64,000 nucleotides of DNA, from contig CAVZCE010000015.1 in assembly GCA_963773695.1 (NCBI GenBank), positions 46,744 through 110,743 on the forward strand, written 5' to 3'. This DNA is from an uncultured Chloroflexia bacterium. GTDB taxonomy: Bacteria; Chloroflexota; Limnocylindria; QHBO01. A program made the translations under genes and the position numbers. Below are positions 9,975-18,915 of the stretch, piece after piece; the first letter of the stretch is position 1; each line of letters begins with the position of its first letter. Under the pieces are notes generated by a model that saw only the letters and a list, made by a program, of their open reading frames with translations, was not told the DNA's origin and did not search any database.

Positions 9975-10358
9975 TCACCGGGGAGGCAGGTAGCTTCCGT
10001 CCGGGTCGTGTGTCTCCCGCCCGGAGAGCGGCGGGTTGAAGATGCAGACGAGCCGCAGCGTCTCGCGCACGCGGAGGACGTGCCGGTCGTGCTGGTCGAG
10101 CGCGTACACGATCCCCGGACCGATGGCGTGGCGCTCACCGCTCTCCACCGCCTCGATCTCGGCCGCGCCGGCGATGCAGTAGCACGCCTCCAGGTGATGC
10201 CGGTAGCCAAGGTGCAGCTCGGCGCCCGCCTCCACGGTCGTTTCCGAGAGCGAGAACCCCATCCGGTCGTCGCGGAGGAGGAGCCTCCTGCTGCGCCAGC
10301 CCTCCCCGCTGACATCCCGCTCGGTGGCGGCGATCTGCTCCAGGCTGCGAACGATCAC
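9975..10358 (-). CDS. EctC-like cupin (L-ectoine synthase family), orphan
   Basis: 127 aa translation MIVRSLEQ…GEGWRSRRLLL…YRHHLEACYCIAGAAEIE…IVYALDQHDRHVLR…CIFNPPLSGRETHDPDGSY aligns closely to EctC; GTG start with an AAGGAG Shine-Dalgarno. No ectA or ectB nearby. Confidence 0.65.
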   Translation of the reverse strand: MIVRSLEQIAATERDVSGEGWRSRRLLLRDDRMGFSLSETTVEAGAELHLGYRHHLEACYCIAGAAEIEAVESGERHAIGPGIVYALDQHDRHVLRVRETLRLVCIFNPPLSGRETHDPDGSYLPPR

Positions 10359-10409
10359 GGTCTGCTCCTTTCGCTGGTTCCGTCCGACCTCCGCAGTATC
10401 ATCGCGGGG

Positions 10410-11627
10410 ATGGCCATCTATCTCGATCACGCGGCGACGACCCCCGTTCGCCGCGAGGTGATCGAGGCCATGCTCCCGTACCTCGCCGAGCATGCGGGGA
10501 ACCCGTCGAGCATCCACGCGTCCGGCCGGCGGGCCCGGCAGGGCCTCGACGAGGCACGCGAGCGGATCGCCGCCCTCATCGGGGCGCGACCGCGCGAGAT
10601 CGTCTTCACCTCGGGCGGGAGCGAGGCGGACAACCTCGCGATCAAGGGGGCGGCCTGGGCCGCGTCGTCGCGCGGCCGCCACATCGTCACCAGTGCGGTG
10701 GAGCACAAGGCCGTCCTGCAGACCTGCGCGCTCCTCGAGCGGCACGGCTTCGAAACCACGCTCGTGCCGGTGGATGGCGCCGGGATGGTGGATCCGGGGG
10801 CCGTGGAGGCTGCGATCACGGACCGGACGGTGCTCGTGAGCATCATGGCCGCCAACAACGAGGTGGGAACCGTCCAGCCGATTCGCGAGATCGGCAACGT
10901 TTGCCGCTCGCGCCGCGTCCTGTACCACGTGGATGCAGTGCAGGCGGCGCCCTTCATCACGATCGACGTGAACGACTGGCAGGTCGACCTGCTCTCGCTC
11001 TCCGCCCACAAGCTGTACGGCCCCAAGGGAATCGGGGCTCTCTACGTTCGCCACGGAACGGCCCTCGTGCCCCAGGTCCAGGGCGGGTCGCAGGAGCGCC
11101 AGCGGCGCGCCGGAACGGAGAACGTTGCGGCGGCGGTGGGCTTCGCGGAGGCCTTCGCGCTCGTGGCGGGGGAGCCGGAACGGTCCGCGGAGAACGCGCG
11201 GCTCGCCGGCCTGCGCGACGGTCTCATCGCCGGGCTGACCGCGCTCGACGGCGTGCGGCTCACCGGTCACCCGGCCGCGCGCCTGCCGAACAGCGTGAGC
11301 GTCCTGGTCGAGGGAGTGGAGGGCGGCGACCTCGTCGCGGCGCTCGACCTGGAGGGAATCGAAACCTCCACCGGGTCGGCGTGCACGACGGGAAGCGTCG
11401 AGCCGAGCCACGTGCTCCTGGCCATGGGGATCGGGGAGGAGGCGGCCCACGGGTCGCTGCGCCTGACCCTTGGCCGATCGACATCGACCGCCGATGTCGC
11501 CGCGACGGTCTCCGCGGTCGGACGCTGCGTTGCGCGCCTGCGCGCGCGGCCGGGAGAGGACCCGGACGTCTCACCGCATCCGTCCGACGTCCCCGGGTGG
11601 GCCCCGGGGGACCAGCCAACGGGGTAG
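10410..11627 (+). CDS. Cysteine desulfurase (NifS/IscS family, PLP-dependent)
   Basis: MAIYLDHAATTP… N-terminus; SAHKLYGPKGIGALYVR PLP-lysine region. Confidence 0.85.
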   Translation: MAIYLDHAATTPVRREVIEAMLPYLAEHAGNPSSIHASGRRARQGLDEARERIAALIGARPREIVFTSGGSEADNLAIKGAAWAASSRGRHIVTSAVEHKAVLQTCALLERHGFETTLVPVDGAGMVDPGAVEAAITDRTVLVSIMAANNEVGTVQPIREIGNVCRSRRVLYHVDAVQAAPFITIDVNDWQVDLLSLSAHKLYGPKGIGALYVRHGTALVPQVQGGSQERQRRAGTENVAAAVGFAEAFALVAGEPERSAENARLAGLRDGLIAGLTALDGVRLTGHPAARLPNSVSVLVEGVEGGDLVAALDLEGIETSTGSACTTGSVEPSHVLLAMGIGEEAAHGSLRLTLGRSTSTADVAATVSAVGRCVARLRARPGEDPDVSPHPSDVPGWAPGDQPTG

Positions 11628-11639
11628 AGTCAGCCAACC

Positions 11640-13091
11640 GTGCTAGCGCGCATCTGGTCAGGGGTTCGGCGCTCGGCGGCGCTCTCGGCAGCGCTTTCCT
11701 TCGTGTTCCCGGGCCTTGGACAGGGATGGAGCGGCGCGGTCCCCCGTGGCCTCCTCCTCGCCGGACCGGTGGTGATCCTCGTCGCCGGCGCTCTCTGGCT
11801 GCTCCAGCAGGGCACCGTCCGCGTCTTCGGGCTCCTGCTGGACCCGGCCGTGATGGCTGCGCTGCTGGTGCTCGACGCCATCCTCCTGCTGTACCGCCTG
11901 GCGACGATCCTCGACGCCTATCTCGTCAGCCGGCGGCGGTACCCGGTGGTCTCCGCCTCGCGCGCTCGCCGGGTCGTCTCGGTCAGCGTCCTGGTCGCCC
12001 TGCTGCTCGGCACCGTCTCCATGCACGCGGCGGTCGGGGTGCTCGGGTACAAGACGTACGTGGCGGACGCGAAGTTCTTCGATCCGGCGGGTCCCAACGG
12101 CGGGGCGGGCGAGGTGCCGACATCGGAACCGACGCTCGTCCCCGGGGTCAGCGTCACCCCGGGACCGTCGCCCACGCCCGAGGTGACGCCCACGCCGATC
12201 CCGCCCTGGAAGTCCGACGGGCGCCTGAACCTGCTGCTCGTCGGCGGGGACGCCGGGCCGGGTCGCTGGTCGCTGCGGACCGACACCATGATCCTGCTCA
12301 GCGTGGACATCGCGACCGGGCGCGCGGCCCTGTTCGGCATCCCGCGCAACCTGATCAACGTGCCGCTCGGCGCCCAGAGCGCGAAGGCCTTCAGCTGCGG
12401 CTGCTTCCCTGATCTCCTCAACGCGCTGTACGTCTATGCCGGCAAGCACCCGGAGTCCTTCCCCGGGGGAGATGCGCGCGGCTACCTGGCGCTCCAGTCG
12501 GCCGTCGGCGCGCTGACCGGCGCCCAGATGGACGGGATGGTCGTCGTGGACCTCAACGGCTTCGTGCGCCTCGTCAACGCCCTGGGCGGCATCGACATCA
12601 ACGTTCCGTACGCAATCTACGATTCGCGCTATCCCCTCGAGAACGGGCAGGGGGACGTCGCGCTCCACATCAAGGCCGGTCAGCAGCACATGGACGGGCA
12701 CACCGCACTGGCCTACGCGCGTTCGCGCCACCAGGATGACGATTACCACCGCATGCAGCGTCAACAGCTGGTGATCCTCGCCCTGCGGCGTGCCGTCAAG
12801 CCCTGCGCGCTTGTCCCGCGCCTGCCCGAGCTGATCGACATCGCGGGCGACTCCCTGTGGACGAACCTGTCGCCCAGGGACATGCCCGACCTGCTGGCCC
12901 TCGCCCAGCGCGTGGACACCGCCCACATCGGCCGCTTCGCATTCGTGCCGCCGAACGTCCCCGAGTACCTCACGGCCAGGGCCATCGGCACGATCCACGG
13001 TATCGTCGCCAACGCGTTCAACGGCCCGACCACTTCCCCCGGTGCGTCGGCGACGCCGGCGCCGACCCAGCCTCCCGACACGGGCTGCTGA
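11640..13091 (+). CDS. LytR-CpsA-Psr (LCP) family cell-wall glycopolymer transferase, membrane anchored
   Basis: N-terminal transmembrane segments; LCP core (…LLLVGGDAGPGRWSLRTDTMILLSVD…FGIPRNL…) ahead of a Pro/Thr-rich tail. Confidence 0.7.
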   Translation: MLARIWSGVRRSAALSAALSFVFPGLGQGWSGAVPRGLLLAGPVVILVAGALWLLQQGTVRVFGLLLDPAVMAALLVLDAILLLYRLATILDAYLVSRRRYPVVSASRARRVVSVSVLVALLLGTVSMHAAVGVLGYKTYVADAKFFDPAGPNGGAGEVPTSEPTLVPGVSVTPGPSPTPEVTPTPIPPWKSDGRLNLLLVGGDAGPGRWSLRTDTMILLSVDIATGRAALFGIPRNLINVPLGAQSAKAFSCGCFPDLLNALYVYAGKHPESFPGGDARGYLALQSAVGALTGAQMDGMVVVDLNGFVRLVNALGGIDINVPYAIYDSRYPLENGQGDVALHIKAGQQHMDGHTALAYARSRHQDDDYHRMQRQQLVILALRRAVKPCALVPRLPELIDIAGDSLWTNLSPRDMPDLLALAQRVDTAHIGRFAFVPPNVPEYLTARAIGTIHGIVANAFNGPTTSPGASATPAPTQPPDTGC

Positions 13092-13143
13092 TCTGCCGGT
13101 CATCCCGCGCGACCCGGGCCGCTCGCTTATCATCGGGCCTCGT

Positions 13144-14247
13144 ATGAGCCGGATCGTGGCCGCCATGAGCGGCGGAGTGGACTCCAGCGTTGCAGCGGCG
13201 CTCCTGGCGCGCGATGCGGCCGAGCGTGGCCACGAGGTGATCGGCGTCTGGATGCGCACCCACCCCGCCGATGCCGAGGGCTGGGAGGCCCGCCGCTCCT
13301 GCTGCTCCCCCGACGCCGCGGACGACGCGCGTCGCGTGGCGCAGCTGCTGGGGATCCCGTTCTTCATCCTCAACGTGGAGCGCGCCTTCGGCACGCAGGT
13401 GATCGATGCCTTTGCCGACGCGTACCTCGCCGGCACGACCCCCAACCCGTGCCAGGCGTGCAACCAGTACATCAAGTTCGACGAGCTGCTGCGCCGCGGC
13501 CTCGGTGCGTACGGTGCCGCTGCCGTGGCGACGGGCCACTACGCACGCATCGAGCAGCGCGACGGCCGATGGCGGCTGCTCCGCTCCCGCGATGCGGAGA
13601 AGGACCAGACGTACTTCCTGTGGGTCCTGAGCCAGGCACAGCTCGCCGCGAGCCGCTTCCCGCTGGGCGAGATGACCAAGCCGGAGGTGCGCGCCCTCGC
13701 CGCGGAGCTCGAGCTGCCCACCGCGGACAAGCCGGAATCCCAGGAGATCTGCTTCGTCCCGGCCGGCGACTATCGCGCACTGCTGGCGGAGCGGCGCGGC
13801 TATGCCGGAGAACCGGGCCCCATCGTCGACGGCCGCGGGACGGTGGTCGGCACCCACACCGGCTACGCGCACGTCACGGTCGGACAGCGGCATGGGCTGG
13901 GCGTGGCGCTCGGCGAGGCGGTCTACGTCCGCGAGGTGCTTCCCGAGACGAACACCGTCGTGATCGGCCGGCGCGGCGAGATCGCCCGCTCGCGTTTCGA
14001 GGTCGCCGGCCGCCGCTTCACGGCCGGGGAGGCGCCGGCCGAGCGCTTCGCCGCCACGGTGCGGATCCGCCACCGGGCGGCGGACGTGCGGTGCGAGGTG
14101 ACGCTCACCGGAGAAGACGGCTTCCTGGTGGAGACCGCCGAGCCGGTGTGGGCGCCCGCACCGGGCCAGGCCGCCGTCCTGTACCGCGGCGAGGAGTGCA
14201 TCGGCGGGGGGAGGATCGCTCGGCCGGTGGCCGCCGCGGTGGCATGA
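13144..14247 (+). CDS. mnmA: tRNA-specific 2-thiouridylase
   Basis: PP-loop SGGVDSS; catalytic Cys context; C-terminal tRNA-binding domain. Confidence 0.85.
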   Translation: MSRIVAAMSGGVDSSVAAALLARDAAERGHEVIGVWMRTHPADAEGWEARRSCCSPDAADDARRVAQLLGIPFFILNVERAFGTQVIDAFADAYLAGTTPNPCQACNQYIKFDELLRRGLGAYGAAAVATGHYARIEQRDGRWRLLRSRDAEKDQTYFLWVLSQAQLAASRFPLGEMTKPEVRALAAELELPTADKPESQEICFVPAGDYRALLAERRGYAGEPGPIVDGRGTVVGTHTGYAHVTVGQRHGLGVALGEAVYVREVLPETNTVVIGRRGEIARSRFEVAGRRFTAGEAPAERFAATVRIRHRAADVRCEVTLTGEDGFLVETAEPVWAPAPGQAAVLYRGEECIGGGRIARPVAAAVA

Positions 14248-14528
14248 TCTCGTGGCTGATCCTGATCGTGATGACCGCGGGGATCAACCTCTTCGCCTTC
14301 ATCGCGGTCCGCGGCAGATGGGGCCCGCTCGTCCCGCTGCTGGCCGTCGCCGCGCTCATCGGGACCGTCGCCGGCAACGCGGCGGGCGCCGGCGTTGGGC
14401 TCGGACTGCTGCGGATCGGTGACTTCGAGCTGGTGGCCGCGTCGCTCGGCGCGCAGCTGGCGATGGTCGTGACCCTGCTGCTTGCCGCTCTCGCGCCCGC
14501 ATCGGCTCCGCCCACCGACGACCCGTGA
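14244..14528 (+). CDS. Small hypothetical membrane protein (about 94 aa, 3 predicted helices)
   Basis: Its ATG overlaps the mnmA stop codon (ATGA); the translation is uniformly hydrophobic. Confidence 0.35.
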   Translation: MISWLILIVMTAGINLFAFIAVRGRWGPLVPLLAVAALIGTVAGNAAGAGVGLGLLRIGDFELVAASLGAQLAMVVTLLLAALAPASAPPTDDP

Positions 14529-14571
14529 TGCGTAGAATCAGTGCGAACACACGGAGGAGTGGCGCAGTCAG

Positions 14572-14838
14572 ATGAGGGATTCCGGGTTCGGCAGCTTCCT
14601 GGCCGGGCTGCTGATCGGCGGACTGATGGGTGCCGCCGTGGGCATGGTGCTGGCCCCCGAATCGGGGACGCGGCTGCGCGAGCAGGTCGGCGAATTCGTC
14701 GACGGCCGGCGGGTCGCCTTCGACGACGCGATCAACGAGGGCCGGGCGGCGGCCGAGATCGCGCGCGCGGAGATCCTCAGCTCCACCGAGGCCGGCCCGG
14801 AGGCCGGTGGGGGCTCGCCGGAGGCTGCCGCATCCTGA
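14572..14838 (+). CDS. YtxH-like small membrane/stress protein
   Basis: GGAGG Shine-Dalgarno; N-terminal glycine-zipper helix (FLAGLLIGGLMGAAVGMVLAP) followed by a charged coiled segment. Confidence 0.4.
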   Translation: MRDSGFGSFLAGLLIGGLMGAAVGMVLAPESGTRLREQVGEFVDGRRVAFDDAINEGRAAAEIARAEILSSTEAGPEAGGGSPEAAAS

Positions 14839-14935
14839 GCGCCGGCGCCTCGTCCGTTCACGAGCGAAGGGAGCCGGTATGCGCCGGCTCTCACCGTGCC
14901 GGGGGCCGTTGACGAGAAGCAGGACAGATCCATCC

Positions 14936-17587
14936 ATGGAGAACCGATCCGCAGCCGACATCCGCGAGCGGTTCCAGCGCTTCTTCGAGGCGCGGGGCCA
15001 TACCCGCGTACGCCCGGCGCCGCTCCTTGCCCGCGACGACCCGACGCTTCTCTTCGTCAACTCCGGGATGGTCCAGTTCAAGCGCGTGCTCACCGGCGAG
15101 GAGAGGCGCGACTACTCCCGCGCGGTGGACGCGCAGCCGGCGCTGCGGGTGGCCGGGAAGCACAACGACTTCGAGGAGGTCGGGCGGACCCCTCGCCACC
15201 ACACGCTCTTCGAGATGCTCGGCAACTGGAGCTTCGGTGACTACTTCAAGCGCGAGGCGATCGCCTGGGCATGGGAGTTCCTGACCGCCGACCTGGGGAT
15301 CCCCGCGGAGCGCCTGGCGGCCACGACCTACACCGATGACGACGATGCCTACCGCATCTGGACCCAGGAGATCGGCCTCCCGCCGGAGCGGATGGCGCGC
15401 TGGGGCAACATCGCCGTCGGCGACGAGAAGAACTTCTGGCAGATGGGAGAGACCGGGCCCTGCGGTCCGTGCTCGGAGATCCACTACGATCGCGGGGCCG
15501 AGTTCAGCGAAGGCGACTTCTGCGTCCCGGACCACTCCGAGCACTGCCCGCGCTGGCTGGAGGTCTGGAACCTGGTCTTCATGCAGTTCGACCGTGCCGC
15601 GGACGGGACCCTGACCCCGTTGCCGTTCCGCAGCGTGGACACCGGCATGGGCCTCGAACGGATCGCCTCCGTCGTCCAGGGCGTCGACTCGAACTACCGA
15701 ACGGACCTCTTCGAGCCGATCATCCAGCGCGTGGCCGCGTTCATGGGCCACGACCCCGAGACGGTGGAGAGCGAGCGATTCAGCTACCAGGTCGTCGCGG
15801 ACCACTCGCGCGCCATGACGTTCATGATCGCGGAGGGGATCCGGCCTTCGAACGAAGGTGCGGGCTACGTGCTGCGCCGCATCGTGCGGCGGGCCGTGCG
15901 CCACGGACGGCTGATGGGGATCGAGCGTCCGTTCCTGCGTGAGACCTGCGCGGTGGTGATCGACCTGATGGGTGGTGCGTATCCGCTCCTCGCCGAGCGG
16001 CGGGAACGCATCCTGGACGGGGTGGCCGGCGAGGAGGAGAAGTTCGCGCGAACCCTCGCCTCGGGGAGCGAGCGGCTGGCCCAGCTCGTCGAGGGGGCGG
16101 GAAGCGGCGGCGTCATCCCGGGCGCTGAGGCGTTCCGCCTCCACGATACGTTCGGCTTCCCCATCGACCTCACCGTGGAGATGGCCGGCGAGTCGGAGGT
16201 CGGCGTCGACCGCGCCGGGTTCGAGGCCGCCATGGCGGAGCAGCGACGCCGGTCGCGCGCGACCCGCAAGGCGGGCTTCGCCGCGGATCCGTCCCTGGCC
16301 GGCCTCACAAGCGAGTTCGTCGGCTATCCGAACGAGACCGTGGCCGATGGCGCAACCGTCATCGGGACCGCCGGCCAGGACGACGAAGAGGCGCCCGCCC
16401 AGGTGGTCCTGGATCGCACTCCGTTCTATCCCGAGGGCGGCGGCCAGGTTGGTGACCGGGGCACCCTCATCGGCCCGAACGGCCGTTTCGAGGTGGAGGA
16501 CACGCAGCGCGCGGGCGACGCGATCGTCCACGTCGGGCAACTGGAGGGTACCCTGGCCGCCGGCGACGTGGTGCGGGCGGAGGTCGACGTCGAGGCGCGC
16601 TGGGGAGCGGCCCGCAACCACACCGGGACGCACCTGCTCCACCGTGCCCTGCGCGACGTCCTGGGCGAGCAGGCCAAGCAGGCGGGCAGCTGGGTAGGCC
16701 CCGAGGGCATGCGGTTCGACTTCCCCGGGAGCGGCGCGACGCCGCGCGAGGCGCTCCGCGAGGTCGAGCGCCGGGTGAACGCCCAGATCCGGCGCGACGC
16801 GGCGGTCACTCCCGAGTGGATGTCGCTGACGGACGCCCAGGCGCTGGGCGCGGACATGTTCTTCGGCGAGAAGTACGTCCCCGAGTCCGTACGCCTCGTC
16901 CGGGTGGACGGCTACAGCAAGGAGCTGTGCGGCGGGACGCACGTGGCGAGCACCGGGCAGATCGGGGCGTTCCGGATCACCGGCGAGTCGAGCATCGGCG
17001 CCGGGCTGCGCCGCATCGAGGCGGTGACCGGGGCCGGCGCCGACGAGCTCGTCGCCCGACGCCTCGAAGCGCTGCATGAGACGGCGCTCCTGCTCGGGGA
17101 GCAGCCGGAGCAGGTGCCGGCCCGTGTCGCTGCGCTTCTCGACCGGCTGCGCGAGACGGAGAAGGCCGCCAGGGAGGCGGGGTCGTCCACCCGCTCCGAG
17201 CGCATCGAGGCCGGCACGCTGCTCGCCTCGGCACAGGAGGCGGGGGAGACGAAGGTGATGATCCAGCGCTTCGACGGGGCCGATGCCGCCACGCTGCGAG
17301 CCCTCGCGGACGATCTGCGGGGCACGACCGGCCGCTTCGCCCTGGTCGCGGCGGGTGCCGCGAACGGGCAGCCCGCGCTCCTGGTTGCGGCGAGCCGGGA
17401 TCTCGTCGCGGAGGGCTTCGATGCCGTCCCGATCGTGCGCGCCGCGGCGGCCCTCATGGGCGGAGGCGGTGGCGGTCGCCCGGACCTGGCGCAGGCGGGC
17501 GGGCGCGACGCCGCGGCCCTGGACGACGCGCTGCGGGAAGCCGGCAGAGCGGCGCTCGAGGCGCTGGAACGCCTGGAGCAGAGCTGA
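14936..17587 (+). CDS. alaS: Alanine--tRNA ligase
   Basis: 883 aa; HxxxH…CGGTH editing-domain motifs; C-terminal DHHA1 domain. Confidence 0.9.
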   Translation: MENRSAADIRERFQRFFEARGHTRVRPAPLLARDDPTLLFVNSGMVQFKRVLTGEERRDYSRAVDAQPALRVAGKHNDFEEVGRTPRHHTLFEMLGNWSFGDYFKREAIAWAWEFLTADLGIPAERLAATTYTDDDDAYRIWTQEIGLPPERMARWGNIAVGDEKNFWQMGETGPCGPCSEIHYDRGAEFSEGDFCVPDHSEHCPRWLEVWNLVFMQFDRAADGTLTPLPFRSVDTGMGLERIASVVQGVDSNYRTDLFEPIIQRVAAFMGHDPETVESERFSYQVVADHSRAMTFMIAEGIRPSNEGAGYVLRRIVRRAVRHGRLMGIERPFLRETCAVVIDLMGGAYPLLAERRERILDGVAGEEEKFARTLASGSERLAQLVEGAGSGGVIPGAEAFRLHDTFGFPIDLTVEMAGESEVGVDRAGFEAAMAEQRRRSRATRKAGFAADPSLAGLTSEFVGYPNETVADGATVIGTAGQDDEEAPAQVVLDRTPFYPEGGGQVGDRGTLIGPNGRFEVEDTQRAGDAIVHVGQLEGTLAAGDVVRAEVDVEARWGAARNHTGTHLLHRALRDVLGEQAKQAGSWVGPEGMRFDFPGSGATPREALREVERRVNAQIRRDAAVTPEWMSLTDAQALGADMFFGEKYVPESVRLVRVDGYSKELCGGTHVASTGQIGAFRITGESSIGAGLRRIEAVTGAGADELVARRLEALHETALLLGEQPEQVPARVAALLDRLRETEKAAREAGSSTRSERIEAGTLLASAQEAGETKVMIQRFDGADAATLRALADDLRGTTGRFALVAAGAANGQPALLVAASRDLVAEGFDAVPIVRAAAALMGGGGGGRPDLAQAGGRDAAALDDALREAGRAALEALERLEQS

Positions 17588-17607
17588 GCGGGGGCGCGCG
17601 CACGACG

Positions 17608-18912
17608 ATGCAGGGCCTGGTCGGGCGTGTCGTGGGTCGGCTGCAGGGCGGCCGCCGGCCGGACGGTGACGCGGGCGTCATCGCCGCGCTCGACATCGGC
17701 ACCGAGCTCGTGAAGGCGCTGGTCGTCAGCGCCGAGCCCCGACCCGATGGCGGGCTGGACGGAGTCGTGCATGGCGCTGGACGCCGTCGCCAGGGCCTGA
17801 CCCACATGCAGTCGGGCACCGTGAGCGACATCGACGCGGTGGTCGAGAACTGCGCGGCAGCACTCGACGAGGCACGAGCCGTCGCCGGCCTGCGGCCGCG
17901 GAGCGTGGTGATCGGCATCGCCGGCGAGCTGGTGAAGGGCACCACCGCATCGCTCGCCGCGCGCCGCGACGATCCGCGGCGGCCCCTGGACGAGGCCGAG
18001 CTGCAGTTCGTCGTGGAGCGCGTGCAGGACGCCGCGCTGCGGGAGGCGGAACGCCGCATCGGCTGGGAGAGCGGCATCGAGCGCCTCGACGTGCGTCTCG
18101 TGCACGCCGCGATCGTCGAGATGAAGATCGACGGCTACCCGGTCAGCAACCCCATCGGCTTCACGGGCGCCCACATCGAGCTGGCGATCTTCAACGCCTT
18201 CGCGCCCATGGTGCACCTGGGCGCGCTGCAGTCCATCGCCGCCGCGCTGGAGCTCACGCTCCTCGGCGTGATCGCGGAGCCGTACGCGGTGGCGACCTGC
18301 CTTGCCCCGCGGGAGCTCGGCGACAGCGGCGCAGTCTTCATCGACGTCGGCGGCGGAACCACCGATGTCGCCCTCGTCCGCCACGGCGGGATCGCTGGGA
18401 CGAAGATGCTGGCCCTTGGCGGCCGCGCCTTCACGAAGGGCCTCGCGGAGCGGTTCGAGCTGGACTTCGCACGCGCCGAGGCCCTCAAGCTCGCCTCCGC
18501 GGACGAGGACGCGCTCCCCGAGGCCGAGATCCCGGCCGCCGAGGTCGCGGCGGCTCTCGCCGCCGATGCCGGGGTCTGGCTCGAAGGGGTCGAGCTCATG
18601 ATCGGCGATCTTGCGGAGGGCGAGCTCCTCCCGGGCCGGATCTACCTGTGCGGCGGGGGAGCCCGGCTGCCGCAGATCGCAACGTCCCTCGCCGGCGACG
18701 GGTGGTGGCGCCGGCTGCCGTTCGCGCGACGACCGGAGGTGCGTGCCCTGGCGCCGGACGACGTGGCGGGGGTGCGCGACGCCACCGGGCTGCTGGTCAC
18801 CCGGCAGGACGTGACGCCCATGGCGCTGGCGCACCAGGGCCTCATCCTCGACGCGCACTCGAGCGCGGTGGAACGTGCCATGCGCAGCGCGGTGCGCGCC
18901 ATGGAGCTGTAG
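17608..18912 (+). CDS. FtsA/PilM-like actin-family ATPase
   Basis: Phosphate-1 (AALDIGTELVKA), phosphate-2 (VFIDVGGGTTDVAL) and adenosine (IYLCGGGARLPQI) motifs are spaced as in FtsA. Confidence 0.6.
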   Translation: MQGLVGRVVGRLQGGRRPDGDAGVIAALDIGTELVKALVVSAEPRPDGGLDGVVHGAGRRRQGLTHMQSGTVSDIDAVVENCAAALDEARAVAGLRPRSVVIGIAGELVKGTTASLAARRDDPRRPLDEAELQFVVERVQDAALREAERRIGWESGIERLDVRLVHAAIVEMKIDGYPVSNPIGFTGAHIELAIFNAFAPMVHLGALQSIAAALELTLLGVIAEPYAVATCLAPRELGDSGAVFIDVGGGTTDVALVRHGGIAGTKMLALGGRAFTKGLAERFELDFARAEALKLASADEDALPEAEIPAAEVAAALAADAGVWLEGVELMIGDLAEGELLPGRIYLCGGGARLPQIATSLAGDGWWRRLPFARRPEVRALAPDDVAGVRDATGLLVTRQDVTPMALAHQGLILDAHSSAVERAMRSAVRAMEL

Positions 18913-18915
18913 CCG

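Noticed and set aside
7676-10315. Very long minus-strand ORFs (for example 7676-10315, 879 aa; 16912-19422, 836 aa; 14891-17077; 30416-33148) and the plus-strand ORF 61378-63906
   Set aside because: Low-complexity Arg/Pro/Gly-rich translations lying antisense to well-supported housekeeping genes (aspS, alaS, recN, xerD and the debranching enzyme). These are typical high-GC shadow ORFs.
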